A DNA stretch of 64,000 bases, from the NCBI GenBank assembly GCA_025612245.1, contig JAAXKQ010000015.1:69362-133361 (forward strand). Direction: 5' to 3'. A program made the translations under genes and the position numbers. The stretch is from Ignavibacteria bacterium. GTDB taxonomy: Bacteria > Bacteroidota > Ignavibacteria > Ignavibacteriales > SURF-24. Below, piece after piece: positions 31,399 to 42,368 of the stretch; the first letter of the stretch is position 1; each line of letters begins with the position of its first letter. Under the pieces are notes generated by a model that was not told the origin of the DNA, did not search any database, and was given only the letters and a program-made list of their open reading frames with translations.

Positions 31399-32100
31399 AT
31401 GAAACGGAATTTGTTCAGAAGCCTCGCCCTTTTAGTGCCTGTTTTATTCCTGGCTTGCAGCCTTCTATGCGCACAGGAGATAAGAAAATTCGATTTTAAG
31501 AATTTCAACAGGGTTGAAGCCTCCAGCGGCATGCACGTCCAGATCACACAATCCGGCAACTACTCAGTTGAAGTAAAGGCAAGCGACAGGGATCTTAAAC
31601 AGCTTCTGGTTGAACAACACGGCAATAAACTGGAGTTTAAGCTCAAAGGCTGGTTCCACCACCTTAACGACGAAATCTACATCAAAATTACAATGCCTAA
31701 ACTGAATTATATAAGCCTTAGCGGCGGATCGATGGGAAACATTTCAATGGATAATAGCTCCGAAAATTTCGAGGCCGACCTCTCCGGCGGCGCTAAACTG
31801 AAAGGCAACTTGAAATGCGCAGATGCTTCTTTTGAACTTTCCGGAGGAAGCTGGATGAATGTTTCCGGAAGCGGCAAGAACCTCAAAGTTGACGGCTCCG
31901 GCGGAAGCCAGTTTAAGCTGAAAGATTTTGCCGTCGGTAACGTTAATTCCGAACTCTCTGGCGGAAGCTACGCCGAGGTCAGAATGAACGGCAAACTTAA
32001 CGCCGACCAGAGCGGCGGCTCCAGAACGGTCTATTACGGAAATGCTTCCATGGGTAGATCCGACCTCAGCGGCGGCTCTTCTGTTTCAAAAGGAGAATAA
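31399..32100 (+). CDS. DUF2807 / head GIN-domain putative adhesin-like beta-helix protein
   Basis: Signal peptide, repeated SGGS.../LSGGS... beta-helix rungs. Start at ATG 31399 with GGAGGA RBS. Confidence 0.7.
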   Translation: MKRNLFRSLALLVPVLFLACSLLCAQEIRKFDFKNFNRVEASSGMHVQITQSGNYSVEVKASDRDLKQLLVEQHGNKLEFKLKGWFHHLNDEIYIKITMPKLNYISLSGGSMGNISMDNSSENFEADLSGGAKLKGNLKCADASFELSGGSWMNVSGSGKNLKVDGSGGSQFKLKDFAVGNVNSELSGGSYAEVRMNGKLNADQSGGSRTVYYGNASMGRSDLSGGSSVSKGE

Positions 32101-32140
32101 TTTTACTTCAATAGGAGCTTAAAATCTTAAGCTCCTTTTT
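32101..32140 (+). terminator. hairpin terminator
   Basis: aggagcttaaaatcttaagctcctttttat. Confidence 0.5.
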
Positions 32141-32393
32141 ATGCATCGGACTTACTTGGCAGTCTTAGACTTTAAGACCTCCTTCTCCACACAAAATTAT
32201 ACCTTTTAACGTCCCTCAGGTCTTTGGAAAAACAATTTTTCTTGCAACCTATGCTCCCTTCCGGAATGATTAATATTGCATCTGAGCAAATTATTTTTGA
32301 TCATTGTAGCTGAATTTTTTAGGATACCTGATGGTACTCCTATTCCAACAATTGGGTTAAGTTTAATTATTAAAAGATTTTAGAGGGATCAAA

Positions 32394-32894
32394 ATGTCAA
32401 CTACACAGGAAAACCTTAAGGAAGCTTTTGCCGGCGAAAGCCAGGCTTACCAGAAATACCTTGCATTTGCTAAAAAAGCGGAAAAAGACGGATTACCGAA
32501 CATCGCAAAGCTGTTCAGGACTGCTGCCGAGGCCGAAAGAATTCATGCCGAAGGCCACTTCAGGTCACTTGACGCAATCGGTTCTACGGTTGAAAACCTG
32601 AAGGCCGCAATTGCAGGCGAAACTTACGAATATACCGTTATGTACCCTCCAATGGCTGAACAGGCCGAAAAGGAAGGCCATAAGGCAAAACGCATGTTCA
32701 ATTATGCACTCAAAGCCGAAGAAGTTCATGCCGAACTTTATAAAAAAGCTCTTGAGGCTGCAATACTGGGTAAGGACCTGGACGACTGCCCGATTTATGT
32801 ATGCCCCGTCTGCGGACACATAGAAATTGGCAATCCTCCTGAAAACTGCCCTATCTGCGGCGCTCTCGGAAGCAAGTACGTTAACCTGCAGTAA
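32394..32894 (+). CDS. rubrerythrin
   Basis: Di-iron ExxH motifs (EAERIHAEGH, EEVHAE) plus a C-terminal rubredoxin-like CPVCG...CPICG. Confidence 0.9.
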   Translation: MSTTQENLKEAFAGESQAYQKYLAFAKKAEKDGLPNIAKLFRTAAEAERIHAEGHFRSLDAIGSTVENLKAAIAGETYEYTVMYPPMAEQAEKEGHKAKRMFNYALKAEEVHAELYKKALEAAILGKDLDDCPIYVCPVCGHIEIGNPPENCPICGALGSKYVNLQ

Positions 32895-33089
32895 ACATTA
32901 TTTTTAGTTTCCTAATGCCCTGAACGCGCAGGCAGTTCTCTTTTTGCAGCTATTGCCCCGGGTAAACTCCCTGAACCGGCAAAAATGGTTTTAGGATTGT
33001 AACCCCCAGGCCATTTTTTCTGCATGCAGAGAACCACTCTGCGCGGCCCGGCACACCTGGAACCGTAGTTCCCGCCCGCATTAACTTCT

Positions 33090-35108
33090 TTAATGCTGCT
33101 CCGGGTACAGGGTAATGAAATTAACATCCGGATATTCTTTTACAAATCGCCTTGGGAACCTGTCGAGACTCCTGTCCCAGGAAATGCTTTTTCGCCGGGC
33201 GCTCACCAGTACAAAAAGGTCATCCTTCGAAAGCCCGTCTTTATCCAGGTTAAGAGCCACAAGTTTTTTGACCGTGTTATATTCAGCCTGCACTGCCGGC
33301 TTGCCTTCTTCAAGCTCCTTGCGCACCACACTTAAGCCGTGATAATTCCCGAAAAAGGAAATAACTGCTCCCGTTTGCTTTGCAAGCATGCGCATCTTAA
33401 GAAGCCACTTTTGGAACCCTTTTTCATATTCTGCCCTCTCAGGCATTAATACCGTAATCTTGTTGATTGTATTTACCGGATGTACCATCCGGCAGAAATA
33501 AAACACCGTTCCGGAATCTGTAATAAGCTGGTCCAGTATGTTACCGAATATCCTGTTGCGCGAACGGAACTCCCCTCTCCAGTCCAGTACCACGTCTGTA
33601 ATGAGCAGCTCCCTTACCGCCCTTATTATGCCGTTGGCAATGCTGGAATCGATTCTTGAAATAACTCTGAGCGGCTTCTCCGTAGCCGAAGCATGCAGAA
33701 TTGCGCGGTCGAGCACTTTCCTGTTTTTCATAATTTCATCCGGCGCCTCACGCGTATTGTCTACAACTTTCAAGGCCGTCAAAGGCTCGTCCGAAACCGG
33801 GTCCTGTATCATTGCCGCAAAATCCACCAGCGGCTCTATCGATTCATCCCTTGCAACCGGGATCAGGATTTTTTCCGTAATTGCCCCCGCTTCGCCAAGC
33901 CCTTTTTCCTGCTGCAGCGCCAGCTTACGCCCCGCTTTATCCACTATAAAGGAACTCGTAAGACTCGTTACAAGAATCATGAATATTGTGCCGTTGAGTA
34001 TGTCGTTACTGAACATTCCCGCCCTGAGCGCAATAAGAACGATTGCAAGAGTTGCCGCTGCCTGTGCGCTGCTGAGCCCGAACATAACATTCCTTTCAAG
34101 AGATGTATACTTATAAATATTCTGGACGAAAAATGCGGCAATGAACTTTGATGAAAGCGAAATAACAGTCATTAGAATTGCAACTATCCATGTTTCCGTA
34201 CTGCTGTAAAGGCTTCGTACGTCAACGAGCATTCCTACTGAAATTAGAAAGAAAGGGATAAAGATCGTGTTTCCTACAAAAAGTATTCTGTTCATTAGCG
34301 GTGAGGTTGAAGGTATATAACTGTTAATTGCAAGCCCCGCAAAAAATGCACCTATAATTGGCTCCAGCCCCGCTGCCTGTGCCAGTGAGGCCGAAAGAAA
34401 AAGAGCGGCAAGAACATAAATAAACTGCTGTTCGCCGTCAGTCTCAAGCCCCCTGAAAAACCATGCCGTAAGACGCGGAAGGACAAAGAAAACAAGAAGC
34501 ACTAAAACGGCAAAGCCCGCAATTATCCTTATCCAGAATGAACCGGTCATCTCCCCCTGCCTGATCCCTATGATAACGGCAAGCGTCAAAAGTGCAAGTA
34601 TGTCAGTAATAATTGTGCTCCCCACCGTTACAATAACGGACCTCGACTGTGAAAGCCCGAGCTTGCTGGCGGCAGGATATGTCAGCAGCGTGTGCGAAGC
34701 AAACATTGCGGACAGCAGTATGGACGACAACAGATCCAGCCTGAGCAGATAAAAAGCTGCAGTATAGCCCAGCGATATTGGAATAACAAAGGCTGTAATG
34801 CCGTAAATAATGCTCCTGTTTCGGCTCTTGCGGAACTCCTCCATGTCTATTTCAAGTCCCGCAATAAACATAATATAAAGCAGTCCCACGGTGCTGAAAA
34901 GTTCAATGCTGGCATCGCGCCCAAGAAGGTTTATGCCCTTGGGACCGAATATAACACCGGAAATTATCATGCCCACAATCCCCGGGATGCCAATGCGTTT
35001 TGAAACGAGAGGAATAAGAAGTATGGTCAATAATATTATGACAAAAATTATAACCGGATTTTTTACAGGCAGTTCTATTAAAACAATTGGATGCATTAAA
35101 CCCCGCAC
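33090..35108 (-). CDS. cation:proton antiporter (CPA family) with C-terminal cytoplasmic USP-like domains
   Basis: About 11 N-terminal TM helices typical of Na+/H+ exchangers, plus a roughly 270-aa soluble tail. Confidence 0.8.
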   Translation of the reverse strand: MRGLMHPIVLIELPVKNPVIIFVIILLTILLIPLVSKRIGIPGIVGMIISGVIFGPKGINLLGRDASIELFSTVGLLYIMFIAGLEIDMEEFRKSRNRSIIYGITAFVIPISLGYTAAFYLLRLDLLSSILLSAMFASHTLLTYPAASKLGLSQSRSVIVTVGSTIITDILALLTLAVIIGIRQGEMTGSFWIRIIAGFAVLVLLVFFVLPRLTAWFFRGLETDGEQQFIYVLAALFLSASLAQAAGLEPIIGAFFAGLAINSYIPSTSPLMNRILFVGNTIFIPFFLISVGMLVDVRSLYSSTETWIVAILMTVISLSSKFIAAFFVQNIYKYTSLERNVMFGLSSAQAAATLAIVLIALRAGMFSNDILNGTIFMILVTSLTSSFIVDKAGRKLALQQEKGLGEAGAITEKILIPVARDESIEPLVDFAAMIQDPVSDEPLTALKVVDNTREAPDEIMKNRKVLDRAILHASATEKPLRVISRIDSSIANGIIRAVRELLITDVVLDWRGEFRSRNRIFGNILDQLITDSGTVFYFCRMVHPVNTINKITVLMPERAEYEKGFQKWLLKMRMLAKQTGAVISFFGNYHGLSVVRKELEEGKPAVQAEYNTVKKLVALNLDKDGLSKDDLFVLVSARRKSISWDRSLDRFPRRFVKEYPDVNFITLYPEQH

Positions 35109-35267
35109 GATTGTTTCTAACTACTGACCCCTTATAAATAGATATCAATTTCCGGCGTGGAATTCAGTGCAGAATTTATAGACGGCCTGTGTGAGAACAA
35201 CTCTTAAAAATCTCCAGTCCATGAAACCTGAGCCTGCAGAAAACGCATTTTCCAATGAAGGGTGTTC

Positions 35268-35815
35268 TGTCTTTAGCCCCCGGGAACCATGAATTCCCCT
35301 CATCCATAAAATCTAAACCAACAGAACAATGCATCACCCAAGCTCCGGAAGGAGCGCTTTGTCTGTAGAAAACACCGGTATCCCCCTAAATTCCAGAGCT
35401 CCGAATGGAGCGACTTTTATCTTACTTACTATTGGATAAATATATCATTGAACCATGACCCCACACACATAAAAACCATCCCGTCAAAACAACCGAGAAT
35501 TATCTTAAATATCCATTACACAAAACGCACAATCAGGGAAATGAAAAAGAACATGCAACCGCTATGGGCGGTAGGGAAAACTTCTTTTGTAACCATTTCT
35601 ACAAACATGCTACCGCTAAAGCGGTAGAAATCCCAACACATTTACACCCGACCACATTGCTTCCATTCATAATTCCTCTGTGCCGCTCCTGACCGGAGCT
35701 TTGTGTATTGTTGGTGGAATCCTTTTTCCCCGGGGTTCAGTCGCCCCCATCCGGGGGCTTCCTCACCCCGGGCTACTGATGTTACGCCCGCGCTGCGGGC
35801 TTAGTCATTCCATAA
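35268..35815. repeat. copy B of mosaic hairpin-module repeat, modules in both orientations
   Basis: 35268-35425 matches copy C forward (…aaatctaaaccaacagaacaa…caagctccggaaggagcgctttgtctgtagaaaa). 35765-35805 is the reverse complement of C 63705-63745 (ctaagcccgcagcgcgggcg…cagtagcc). Confidence 0.7.
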
Positions 35816-36100
35816 TTCCAAACTCCCAGCCTTCATGGTTGTTTCCTTCCCCCTCCACCTTTGCCTTTTCCTAAACCTAGAACCTTGAACTTTGAACCCT
35901 TTTCACACTTAAAACTCAAAACTTAAAATTATTCCCCCCACTTAAAAGAAAAGCCCATACATACGCATGGGCTTAAACGGAGAAAGTATTACTTCAAATA
36001 ATCTACTCACGAAACTATTTTACTAATTTCTTCTACTTTTACTTTTTCTACTCTTTCCTCTTTTAGTACTTCAAAAAGAAAAAAGTTCCAGCTTTTTTTT

Positions 36101-38761
36101 TTACATGTTAAACCAGTATGTAAACTTCATCATAAATATATTGTCGGCTCTGGTGTTAACCAGACGGTTTAACGACCTCCCGAATTTAAACTGCCCGTCA
36201 GTATCGGATTCATCCCTGTTCTGTGTCCAGACAAGATATAGTATTGAACCCGGCATGTACTCCCATCTTAAAACTGCATTGCCCCTCAGTGACTTATAAT
36301 TGAAACTCGGGTTGTCAAAAGTATATGCTTCTGCAGGATTTGCTGCTCCGTCGGCATCAACCGTATATTCATCGCCATCCTTAACTATTGTGGAATTCCC
36401 CTTTCCGTAATTATCATAGTCCATCGAGCCCGGACGCGAGAGCATCTTAAAATCCGTATAATCGCCCGAAGAAATCAACGGCTGCATATAAAGCTGCAGA
36501 CTCAGCTGCGGGGTGAATATCCAGTTAACCCTTATTCCGGCTGCCGCGGTTAACTGCTCCATCTTCGCAAATATGTACCTTGTTCCATACGTTGCCCTTG
36601 CAGCCGCATCTTCGTAGGAATCGACCCACTGCGTATTTTCAACCAGCCCGGAGAATTCAGGAGTGATGCTGATGCTGAAGTTTGCCCCCGGCCGCCACTG
36701 TATTTCCCAGTATGTATCCCACTGGTTAGAACCATCCCTGCTCCCATAATAATCGTAGCCGTTTCCTATTACAAGACCTTTCCTGTCATCGGAATGCCAG
36801 TAGAAATTAACCTGGGAACCCGATTCATTTAGCGTAAGCGGACCTCCGCGGGTTCTCCTGTTGCTGATTGTTCGCGGATTGTAAGCCAGGTTCCAGTTGG
36901 CATAATAATAATTTGAAAACGTAATGGACCCGAAATGAAAAAGCCCTTCCCAAATGATGTTTTTGTCAAAATCGTAGCTCCTGAAAAAAGCTCCGCCCAG
37001 CTCAAGATAACGGAAGGTTTTATTCGGCTCTGTCCACTTGTAGCCCGCTCCGGCATGCATGTTTATGACGTCACCCCTCGACATATATCCCGCATCATTG
37101 ACGTCAAACCTGGGATCAATAAAGCCCAATGCCGTATTGACGAAAAAGTTACCCTTCTGCTTAACGACATAGAACCTTCCGGCATAACCCGATAGCGAAG
37201 TAGCCGAACTGTCCACGTGAATATACTTCCTGTCCGGACGCTGCAGGTAGTGCTGCGAATTCATCTGCAGATCGGTAATTCTTTCTTTTGTACCTGTAAC
37301 ACGGGTTCCTTCCATGTACCCGCTTATTACCCATTCCTTATCGGAGTCAAGAAATGTCCAGCCGTCCAGCCCCAGGGCCAATGCGCTGGAATTTATATCG
37401 CTTCTTAACCAGTCCTCCTTAAAAAACCGGCTGCTTTGCGTTGCAAGAAATCCGAGCCCCTGCCTCCCGTCGTTAAAATCTTTCTGCGCACGGTATACCC
37501 CGTAATAGGTTAGGGGTTCAACCTCAAGCGTCGATTTCTTTCCTTCATACTGCATCTCTGCGCTTTCCCGCATTGTAAGTGCACTGATTGCACCAATGTT
37601 CCAGTTATTGCTCATCTTGCCCGTAAGCTTTGCGGCACCCAGTATGTGCGCACCCGAAGGCACGTCCGAGTAATCATTGTCGGGCAGACTTCCCTGCGGC
37701 GCACGGCCAATACGGCGACTGTAAAACAGGTTGGGCTCTGGCCAGTTAAAACCCCAGTAATTAACCGCACCCCCGCGTCCGAAATTGAATATGCTGGAGC
37801 CTTCAATAAAGAACGGCCTTTTCTCCTGGTAAAATGTTTCAACGTCGCTTAAGTTTACAACAGCCGGGTCAACTTCCACCTGGCCGAAGTCGGGGTTAAC
37901 CGTTGCATTAAGCGTAAGATTGCTCCCGAGCCCCATCTTGAAGTCAAGCCCGAGCCCCGGAGTATACCTGGAATTTTTTATGAAGGGATCCTCGGCATCG
38001 TGCCTCAGGTATTCGGCCTTCCCAATTATATAAGGCAGAAGTTCCACCCTTCCCGGAGGCGTTATATGTTCAATACCCTGTATTTCTGGAAACCTGGATA
38101 CAAAGCCGCTGCCGTCTTTTGGAGTAAATGTTATGTAGTCGTCCTCGTTTTTCCTCTGTATCATCCTTTCCACATTTATTGCCCACACATAACTGTCCGC
38201 CTTATGAAACCTCAGCTGCGAATAAGGGATTCTCATTTCCGCAACCCAGCCCAGCGAGTCTATGCTGGACTTGGCTTCCCAGACACCATCCCATGAGTTA
38301 TCCGACCAGTCGTCGTTATAAAGTGTGCCGTCGAAAAGCGTTCCTGCCGCGTTTACCCCAAAGTAGTTTCCCGTGCGGTGGTCAAGGTATGGATCTATGT
38401 AAAAATAAATGATATCGGAACTGGAAGAATTATCGCGGCGACTCAAGCGGGCTACTATGGAATCGGGATGCGAATCGTACATCCTTGCTCCCACGTAGAG
38501 CGCTTCGTCATCATATGCTATGCGGACTTCCGTCCTTTCTGTCGGCTGGGCACCTTCTACTGGATCTCTCTGTAGAAAGTTGGAAAAGCAGTTATCCATC
38601 CGCTGCCAGACAGTTTCCGAGAGCCTGCCGTCTATTACAATTGTCTCTGTTGATCTTAAAGCTTTTGCACCGAGCCGTTTTGAAGTATTGGAATCCCGTC
38701 CTTCGCCAAAAACAATGCCCGCTAAAATAAGCAATACAATGATCAGCACTTTGAGTTTCAT
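36101..38761 (-). CDS. large secreted beta-rich protein, DUF5916 / CBM9-like family
   Basis: Signal peptide. N-terminal carbohydrate-binding-like domain and a long C-terminal beta-barrel-like region ending in an aromatic residue. Family assignment from memory of DUF5916 proteins. Confidence 0.6.
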   Translation of the reverse strand: MKLKVLIIVLLILAGIVFGEGRDSNTSKRLGAKALRSTETIVIDGRLSETVWQRMDNCFSNFLQRDPVEGAQPTERTEVRIAYDDEALYVGARMYDSHPDSIVARLSRRDNSSSSDIIYFYIDPYLDHRTGNYFGVNAAGTLFDGTLYNDDWSDNSWDGVWEAKSSIDSLGWVAEMRIPYSQLRFHKADSYVWAINVERMIQRKNEDDYITFTPKDGSGFVSRFPEIQGIEHITPPGRVELLPYIIGKAEYLRHDAEDPFIKNSRYTPGLGLDFKMGLGSNLTLNATVNPDFGQVEVDPAVVNLSDVETFYQEKRPFFIEGSSIFNFGRGGAVNYWGFNWPEPNLFYSRRIGRAPQGSLPDNDYSDVPSGAHILGAAKLTGKMSNNWNIGAISALTMRESAEMQYEGKKSTLEVEPLTYYGVYRAQKDFNDGRQGLGFLATQSSRFFKEDWLRSDINSSALALGLDGWTFLDSDKEWVISGYMEGTRVTGTKERITDLQMNSQHYLQRPDRKYIHVDSSATSLSGYAGRFYVVKQKGNFFVNTALGFIDPRFDVNDAGYMSRGDVINMHAGAGYKWTEPNKTFRYLELGGAFFRSYDFDKNIIWEGLFHFGSITFSNYYYANWNLAYNPRTISNRRTRGGPLTLNESGSQVNFYWHSDDRKGLVIGNGYDYYGSRDGSNQWDTYWEIQWRPGANFSISITPEFSGLVENTQWVDSYEDAAARATYGTRYIFAKMEQLTAAAGIRVNWIFTPQLSLQLYMQPLISSGDYTDFKMLSRPGSMDYDNYGKGNSTIVKDGDEYTVDADGAANPAEAYTFDNPSFNYKSLRGNAVLRWEYMPGSILYLVWTQNRDESDTDGQFKFGRSLNRLVNTRADNIFMMKFTYWFNM

Positions 38762-38851
38762 AATTTCCTTATTTTTATTTAAGTAAACGCCCGGAAATGG
38801 CTTTTATTGTATATGAATCTTTTTTTATGAAGAGAGTTTTTTCTCCCCCTT

Positions 38852-40102
38852 TTACCCGCGTTTTTTCAGATATACGTTCCCATTGATAGTTTCAATTGTA
38901 ATCTTATTTTTCCCGCCGTTAAAAGAACCGGTGCCTGTCATCTGCTTTCTTGGCGTACCCTGGCTGTCATCCCATTCATCCGACTCATTTTGCTGAAGGC
39001 TGAAATCGCTGATAATTTTGTATTCGCCTTCCCTGCTTTCCGTGTAGTTCAGCTTTACATCCACATCCATTGAAAGATCCATCGGCACTACCAGGGTAAT
39101 ATCGCCTGAGAGAGATGAAATCTTCACATCATGGCCGTCACCCGAACCGGTTAGGTTCACCTCAACGTTACCCGCCATTGTGCTAGCAATAACACGGCCG
39201 TCAATGTCCATAATTTTTATGTCGCCACCCATGGTTTTAGCTTCGACGTATTGCTTTGCCTTGTTGACGGTAATTGCCCCGCCCATAGTACTAAGCTCAG
39301 CCCCCTGGGGAGCTTCTTCAACATTTATGCTTCCGCCCATGGAGGAAATCCTTACTTCCCCGGAAGATTTTCCCGTGGCTTCACCGTCAGCCTCCGTTTT
39401 ACCATCACCCAGGGCCCTGCTGCCTTTGTGACTGACATTTGAATATCTTACGACGCCTCCCATGGAGGGCCCCTTTATATTACCCGTAACATTCCTAATG
39501 TCAACCGGACCTCCCAGAGTCTCAACTCTTCCATCCACGTCGGAATCTGTCAGGTCTATACCTCCGCCTAATGTCTTAAGCTCCAGGTATCCTTTCAGGT
39601 GATCCAGCTTCAGCTTGCCACCCAGTGTTTTGCCGCTGAATCTGCCTTCGATATTGCGCAATTCAATGTCTCCGCCCATTGTGTATAAGGACAGGTCGAA
39701 CTTATCGGGAACCTTAATTTCCAGGTCGCAGCTTGCGCTCCATGTATTGCTTGCGCCATTATATTTGGAATTGATACTAACGCCGTTATCTTTCTCATCG
39801 AACTCAACGTTGCAGTCCTGCCAGTTCTTGCCTTCGAAGCGGGCGCAAACAGAGACAAGCTCTTTATCCCATCCCGAGATTTTAATGGCGCCTCCGGTCT
39901 TAAGATCCACCGTAAGCGTCTGACCTTTCGGAACCTTGAATTCTTTTTGAACAGTCTGCTCCTGGCATTTCTTATCCTTCGAGGGGAATCCCCAAAAGAA
40001 CATAAAATTAATTCCGTTTGAAGCCAGGCTTGAAGCATCCGCAGCAAATGAGGCGCTGAAGCCAAATGCCAATAATAGAGCGGTCGAAAGTAACTTTTTC
40101 AT
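38852..40102 (-). CDS. DUF4097 family beta-strand repeat protein (LiaG/YvlB-like putative adhesin)
   Basis: Signal peptide. Repeated GG(D/P)I..., TLGG..., MGG... rungs. Confidence 0.7.
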   Translation of the reverse strand: MKKLLSTALLLAFGFSASFAADASSLASNGINFMFFWGFPSKDKKCQEQTVQKEFKVPKGQTLTVDLKTGGAIKISGWDKELVSVCARFEGKNWQDCNVEFDEKDNGVSINSKYNGASNTWSASCDLEIKVPDKFDLSLYTMGGDIELRNIEGRFSGKTLGGKLKLDHLKGYLELKTLGGGIDLTDSDVDGRVETLGGPVDIRNVTGNIKGPSMGGVVRYSNVSHKGSRALGDGKTEADGEATGKSSGEVRISSMGGSINVEEAPQGAELSTMGGAITVNKAKQYVEAKTMGGDIKIMDIDGRVIASTMAGNVEVNLTGSGDGHDVKISSLSGDITLVVPMDLSMDVDVKLNYTESREGEYKIISDFSLQQNESDEWDDSQGTPRKQMTGTGSFNGGKNKITIETINGNVYLKKRG

Positions 40103-40192
40103 TTTGCCTATTCCTTTCCATTTAAAGTGGTTTTAAGATTTTCCCAGCTGTCTTAAATCCCCTTTTTCCCTGTCTGTTCCCGCTTACCGGAT

Positions 40193-41353
40193 TTATTCCG
40201 GTTTACCCGGTTTATTTCTGCTTCCGAGTTTCCTTATCTCAATGTCGGCGTTGGCGGTTTCAATCGATATTATTTCTCCCCCGCCGTTAATTGGAATAGT
40301 AGCCTTGATCTCATTGTTGTCTTCATCTACTCCTGCATTTTTCTTTGCGTCAAATTCAGAAGTAAGGTGAAAGGCATTTTTCTTCCAGCCTCGCATGCGT
40401 ATTTTGGCGTCTATTGTAGCCTTAATATCTTCCTTAAGATAGAGCGTAACGGTGCCATCGGAAGCCAGAATGGTGCTTCTCGACTTTCCGGCTGAGAGCA
40501 TTTCCACTATAACCGAGCCGCTGCGCGTGCGGGCATCCACCGATCCCGAAATCTTATTGAGCGTAATGTCGCCCCCTTGTGTATTGGCTCTCACCTTGCC
40601 GCTTGCGCCGCTGAGATATATGTCGCCGCCCGCGGTATTGACCTCGGCGTTGCCGGATACACTTTCAATATGTATGTCACCGCCGTAGGTATTGATCTGC
40701 CCGTCACCTTCAATAGAGCCAATCTGTATATCGCCGCCGTAGGTTGTGGCGCTTAACTTTTCGCCTACGCTTTTAACCTTAATGTCGCCTCCGTTTGTAC
40801 GGACTTCGGCCATGCCGGAAACTTCGCCTATGGAAATATCGCCGCCCGAAGTGCTGAACGCAGCATTGCTTAATATGTCGCCGGCAGTTATATCGCCGCC
40901 CGAAGTGTTCAGATTAACCAGGCCTTCAACCCTGCCGAGCTTAATGTCGCCGCCCGACGTTGAGCCTTTGAGTTCGCCTTTAAGAGTGCCGCTGACAATT
41001 ATGTCGCCGCTTGATGTGCTGAGTGTAACGTTATGCTGCGCCGGAAGGCTGATTATGAAATTCACCTCATCCGGGTGCCCTCCCTGCTCGTAGCTGACCT
41101 TTACAATATTGCCCGTCTGCGTAATCTTTACCTTGTCGGCGTCATCGCCGTACAACCCCTTTGTTTCAATCAGCATTTCGTTTTTATCCCACGGCACAAT
41201 CTGTATTGTTCCCAGTGTGGTATAAACTTCAAGGAAACCGTTTTTCCCAACCTTCAGGGTTTTCTTTAGCTCACCCTGCTCAATATCGCCGGCTGAAATG
41301 GTTCCAAATAAGCAAAGCAGCAAAAACAAAATTAATTTTCCTGGCATTTTCAT
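40193..41353 (-). CDS. DUF4097 family beta-strand repeat protein
   Basis: Repeated SGGDI(K/T/S) rungs. Start overlaps the anti-sigma stop (41350-41353). Confidence 0.7.
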   Translation of the reverse strand: MKMPGKLILFLLLCLFGTISAGDIEQGELKKTLKVGKNGFLEVYTTLGTIQIVPWDKNEMLIETKGLYGDDADKVKITQTGNIVKVSYEQGGHPDEVNFIISLPAQHNVTLSTSSGDIIVSGTLKGELKGSTSGGDIKLGRVEGLVNLNTSGGDITAGDILSNAAFSTSGGDISIGEVSGMAEVRTNGGDIKVKSVGEKLSATTYGGDIQIGSIEGDGQINTYGGDIHIESVSGNAEVNTAGGDIYLSGASGKVRANTQGGDITLNKISGSVDARTRSGSVIVEMLSAGKSRSTILASDGTVTLYLKEDIKATIDAKIRMRGWKKNAFHLTSEFDAKKNAGVDEDNNEIKATIPINGGGEIISIETANADIEIRKLGSRNKPGKPE

Positions 41354-42327
41354 TGTTCACTTACCTCCTGCAGGACCGCTCTGGCACGAATACGGATATA
41401 ATCGTTCTGGTCGTCCTGGCTTTTTTGTTTTAATATCTTTAATAATTCCTTGTCGGACCGAAGCTTTCCGGGGTCTTCAGTCTGCAGACTGTTGATTGCA
41501 GCTATCCTTAAACCCGCGTTCTTATCGTTGGCAAGCGTATAAAGAAACGCATCTTTAATGTCTTTGTCCATCCTTAAACGGCTGAGCACAAGGAGTGCTT
41601 CCCTGCGTACACCGGGATTTGTATCGTATTTAAGCGCGGAAATGAGTGCCGATTTTATGTGCGGATCGGCTGTGGAATCCTTTCCCGAATGCACGGCAAT
41701 TGTATTGATTGTCCTCAGGCGGGCGCCATCGTTGCTTTCATTAACCAGCGCGCGCGCAAGCACCTTCTGTATCGCCTCGTCGTTGATATTGCCTTTCATG
41801 TGAACGGGCTTTACAGCGTCGAAGGAGAATTCAACCTGCCCGTCGCTGGCATCAGAATCCTCAAACCTGAGGTTGTCTATTTGAACGTCGTTCTGTGCCT
41901 GCTTCTGGCTTACGGCAGGCTTAATATCCTGAATGGCAGCACCGCCGCCGCCAGGCACGTGAGGCCTGAAAATAAGGTAGCCCAGTGCAAGACCAAGCAC
42001 CAGCGCAAAAGCGCTTCCAAGGGCGGCTTTGTAGTTAAGGAAAAGGAACCCGCGAACCCTGTCTATAATCTCTTCACCAAAACTTTTCCTGTTCCTCTCC
42101 ATCCTGATTGCAGCCCTGAGGTCCTGCCTTGCTTCAAGCAGAGTCTTTTCATCAGGTTCAGCAGGTTTTGCCTTTGCAACTACGGAGCGGAGTTTATATA
42201 ATTCGGAAAGCTCGGCGCTGCATTCACGGCAGGTCTTAAGATGTTCTGAGAGCTGAAGATTTTCAGCTTCCCCCAGCTCATCGAAAACTGAGAGCTGAAC
42301 CCATTCCTTAAATTTTTCGTGTTCCAT
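41350..42327 (-). CDS. membrane anti-sigma factor with N-terminal zinc-finger (CxxC) and periplasmic HEAT-like repeats
   Basis: HLKTCRECSAELSEL anti-sigma zinc-finger-like motif, single TM, C-terminal PBS-lyase/HEAT-like repeats. Lies directly downstream of the ECF sigma gene. Confidence 0.6.
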   Translation of the reverse strand: MEHEKFKEWVQLSVFDELGEAENLQLSEHLKTCRECSAELSELYKLRSVVAKAKPAEPDEKTLLEARQDLRAAIRMERNRKSFGEEIIDRVRGFLFLNYKAALGSAFALVLGLALGYLIFRPHVPGGGGAAIQDIKPAVSQKQAQNDVQIDNLRFEDSDASDGQVEFSFDAVKPVHMKGNINDEAIQKVLARALVNESNDGARLRTINTIAVHSGKDSTADPHIKSALISALKYDTNPGVRREALLVLSRLRMDKDIKDAFLYTLANDKNAGLRIAAINSLQTEDPGKLRSDKELLKILKQKSQDDQNDYIRIRARAVLQEVSEQ

Positions 42328-42368
42328 TTTCTTTATCCCGGTACAAACAAATGTTTAACATATTAACG

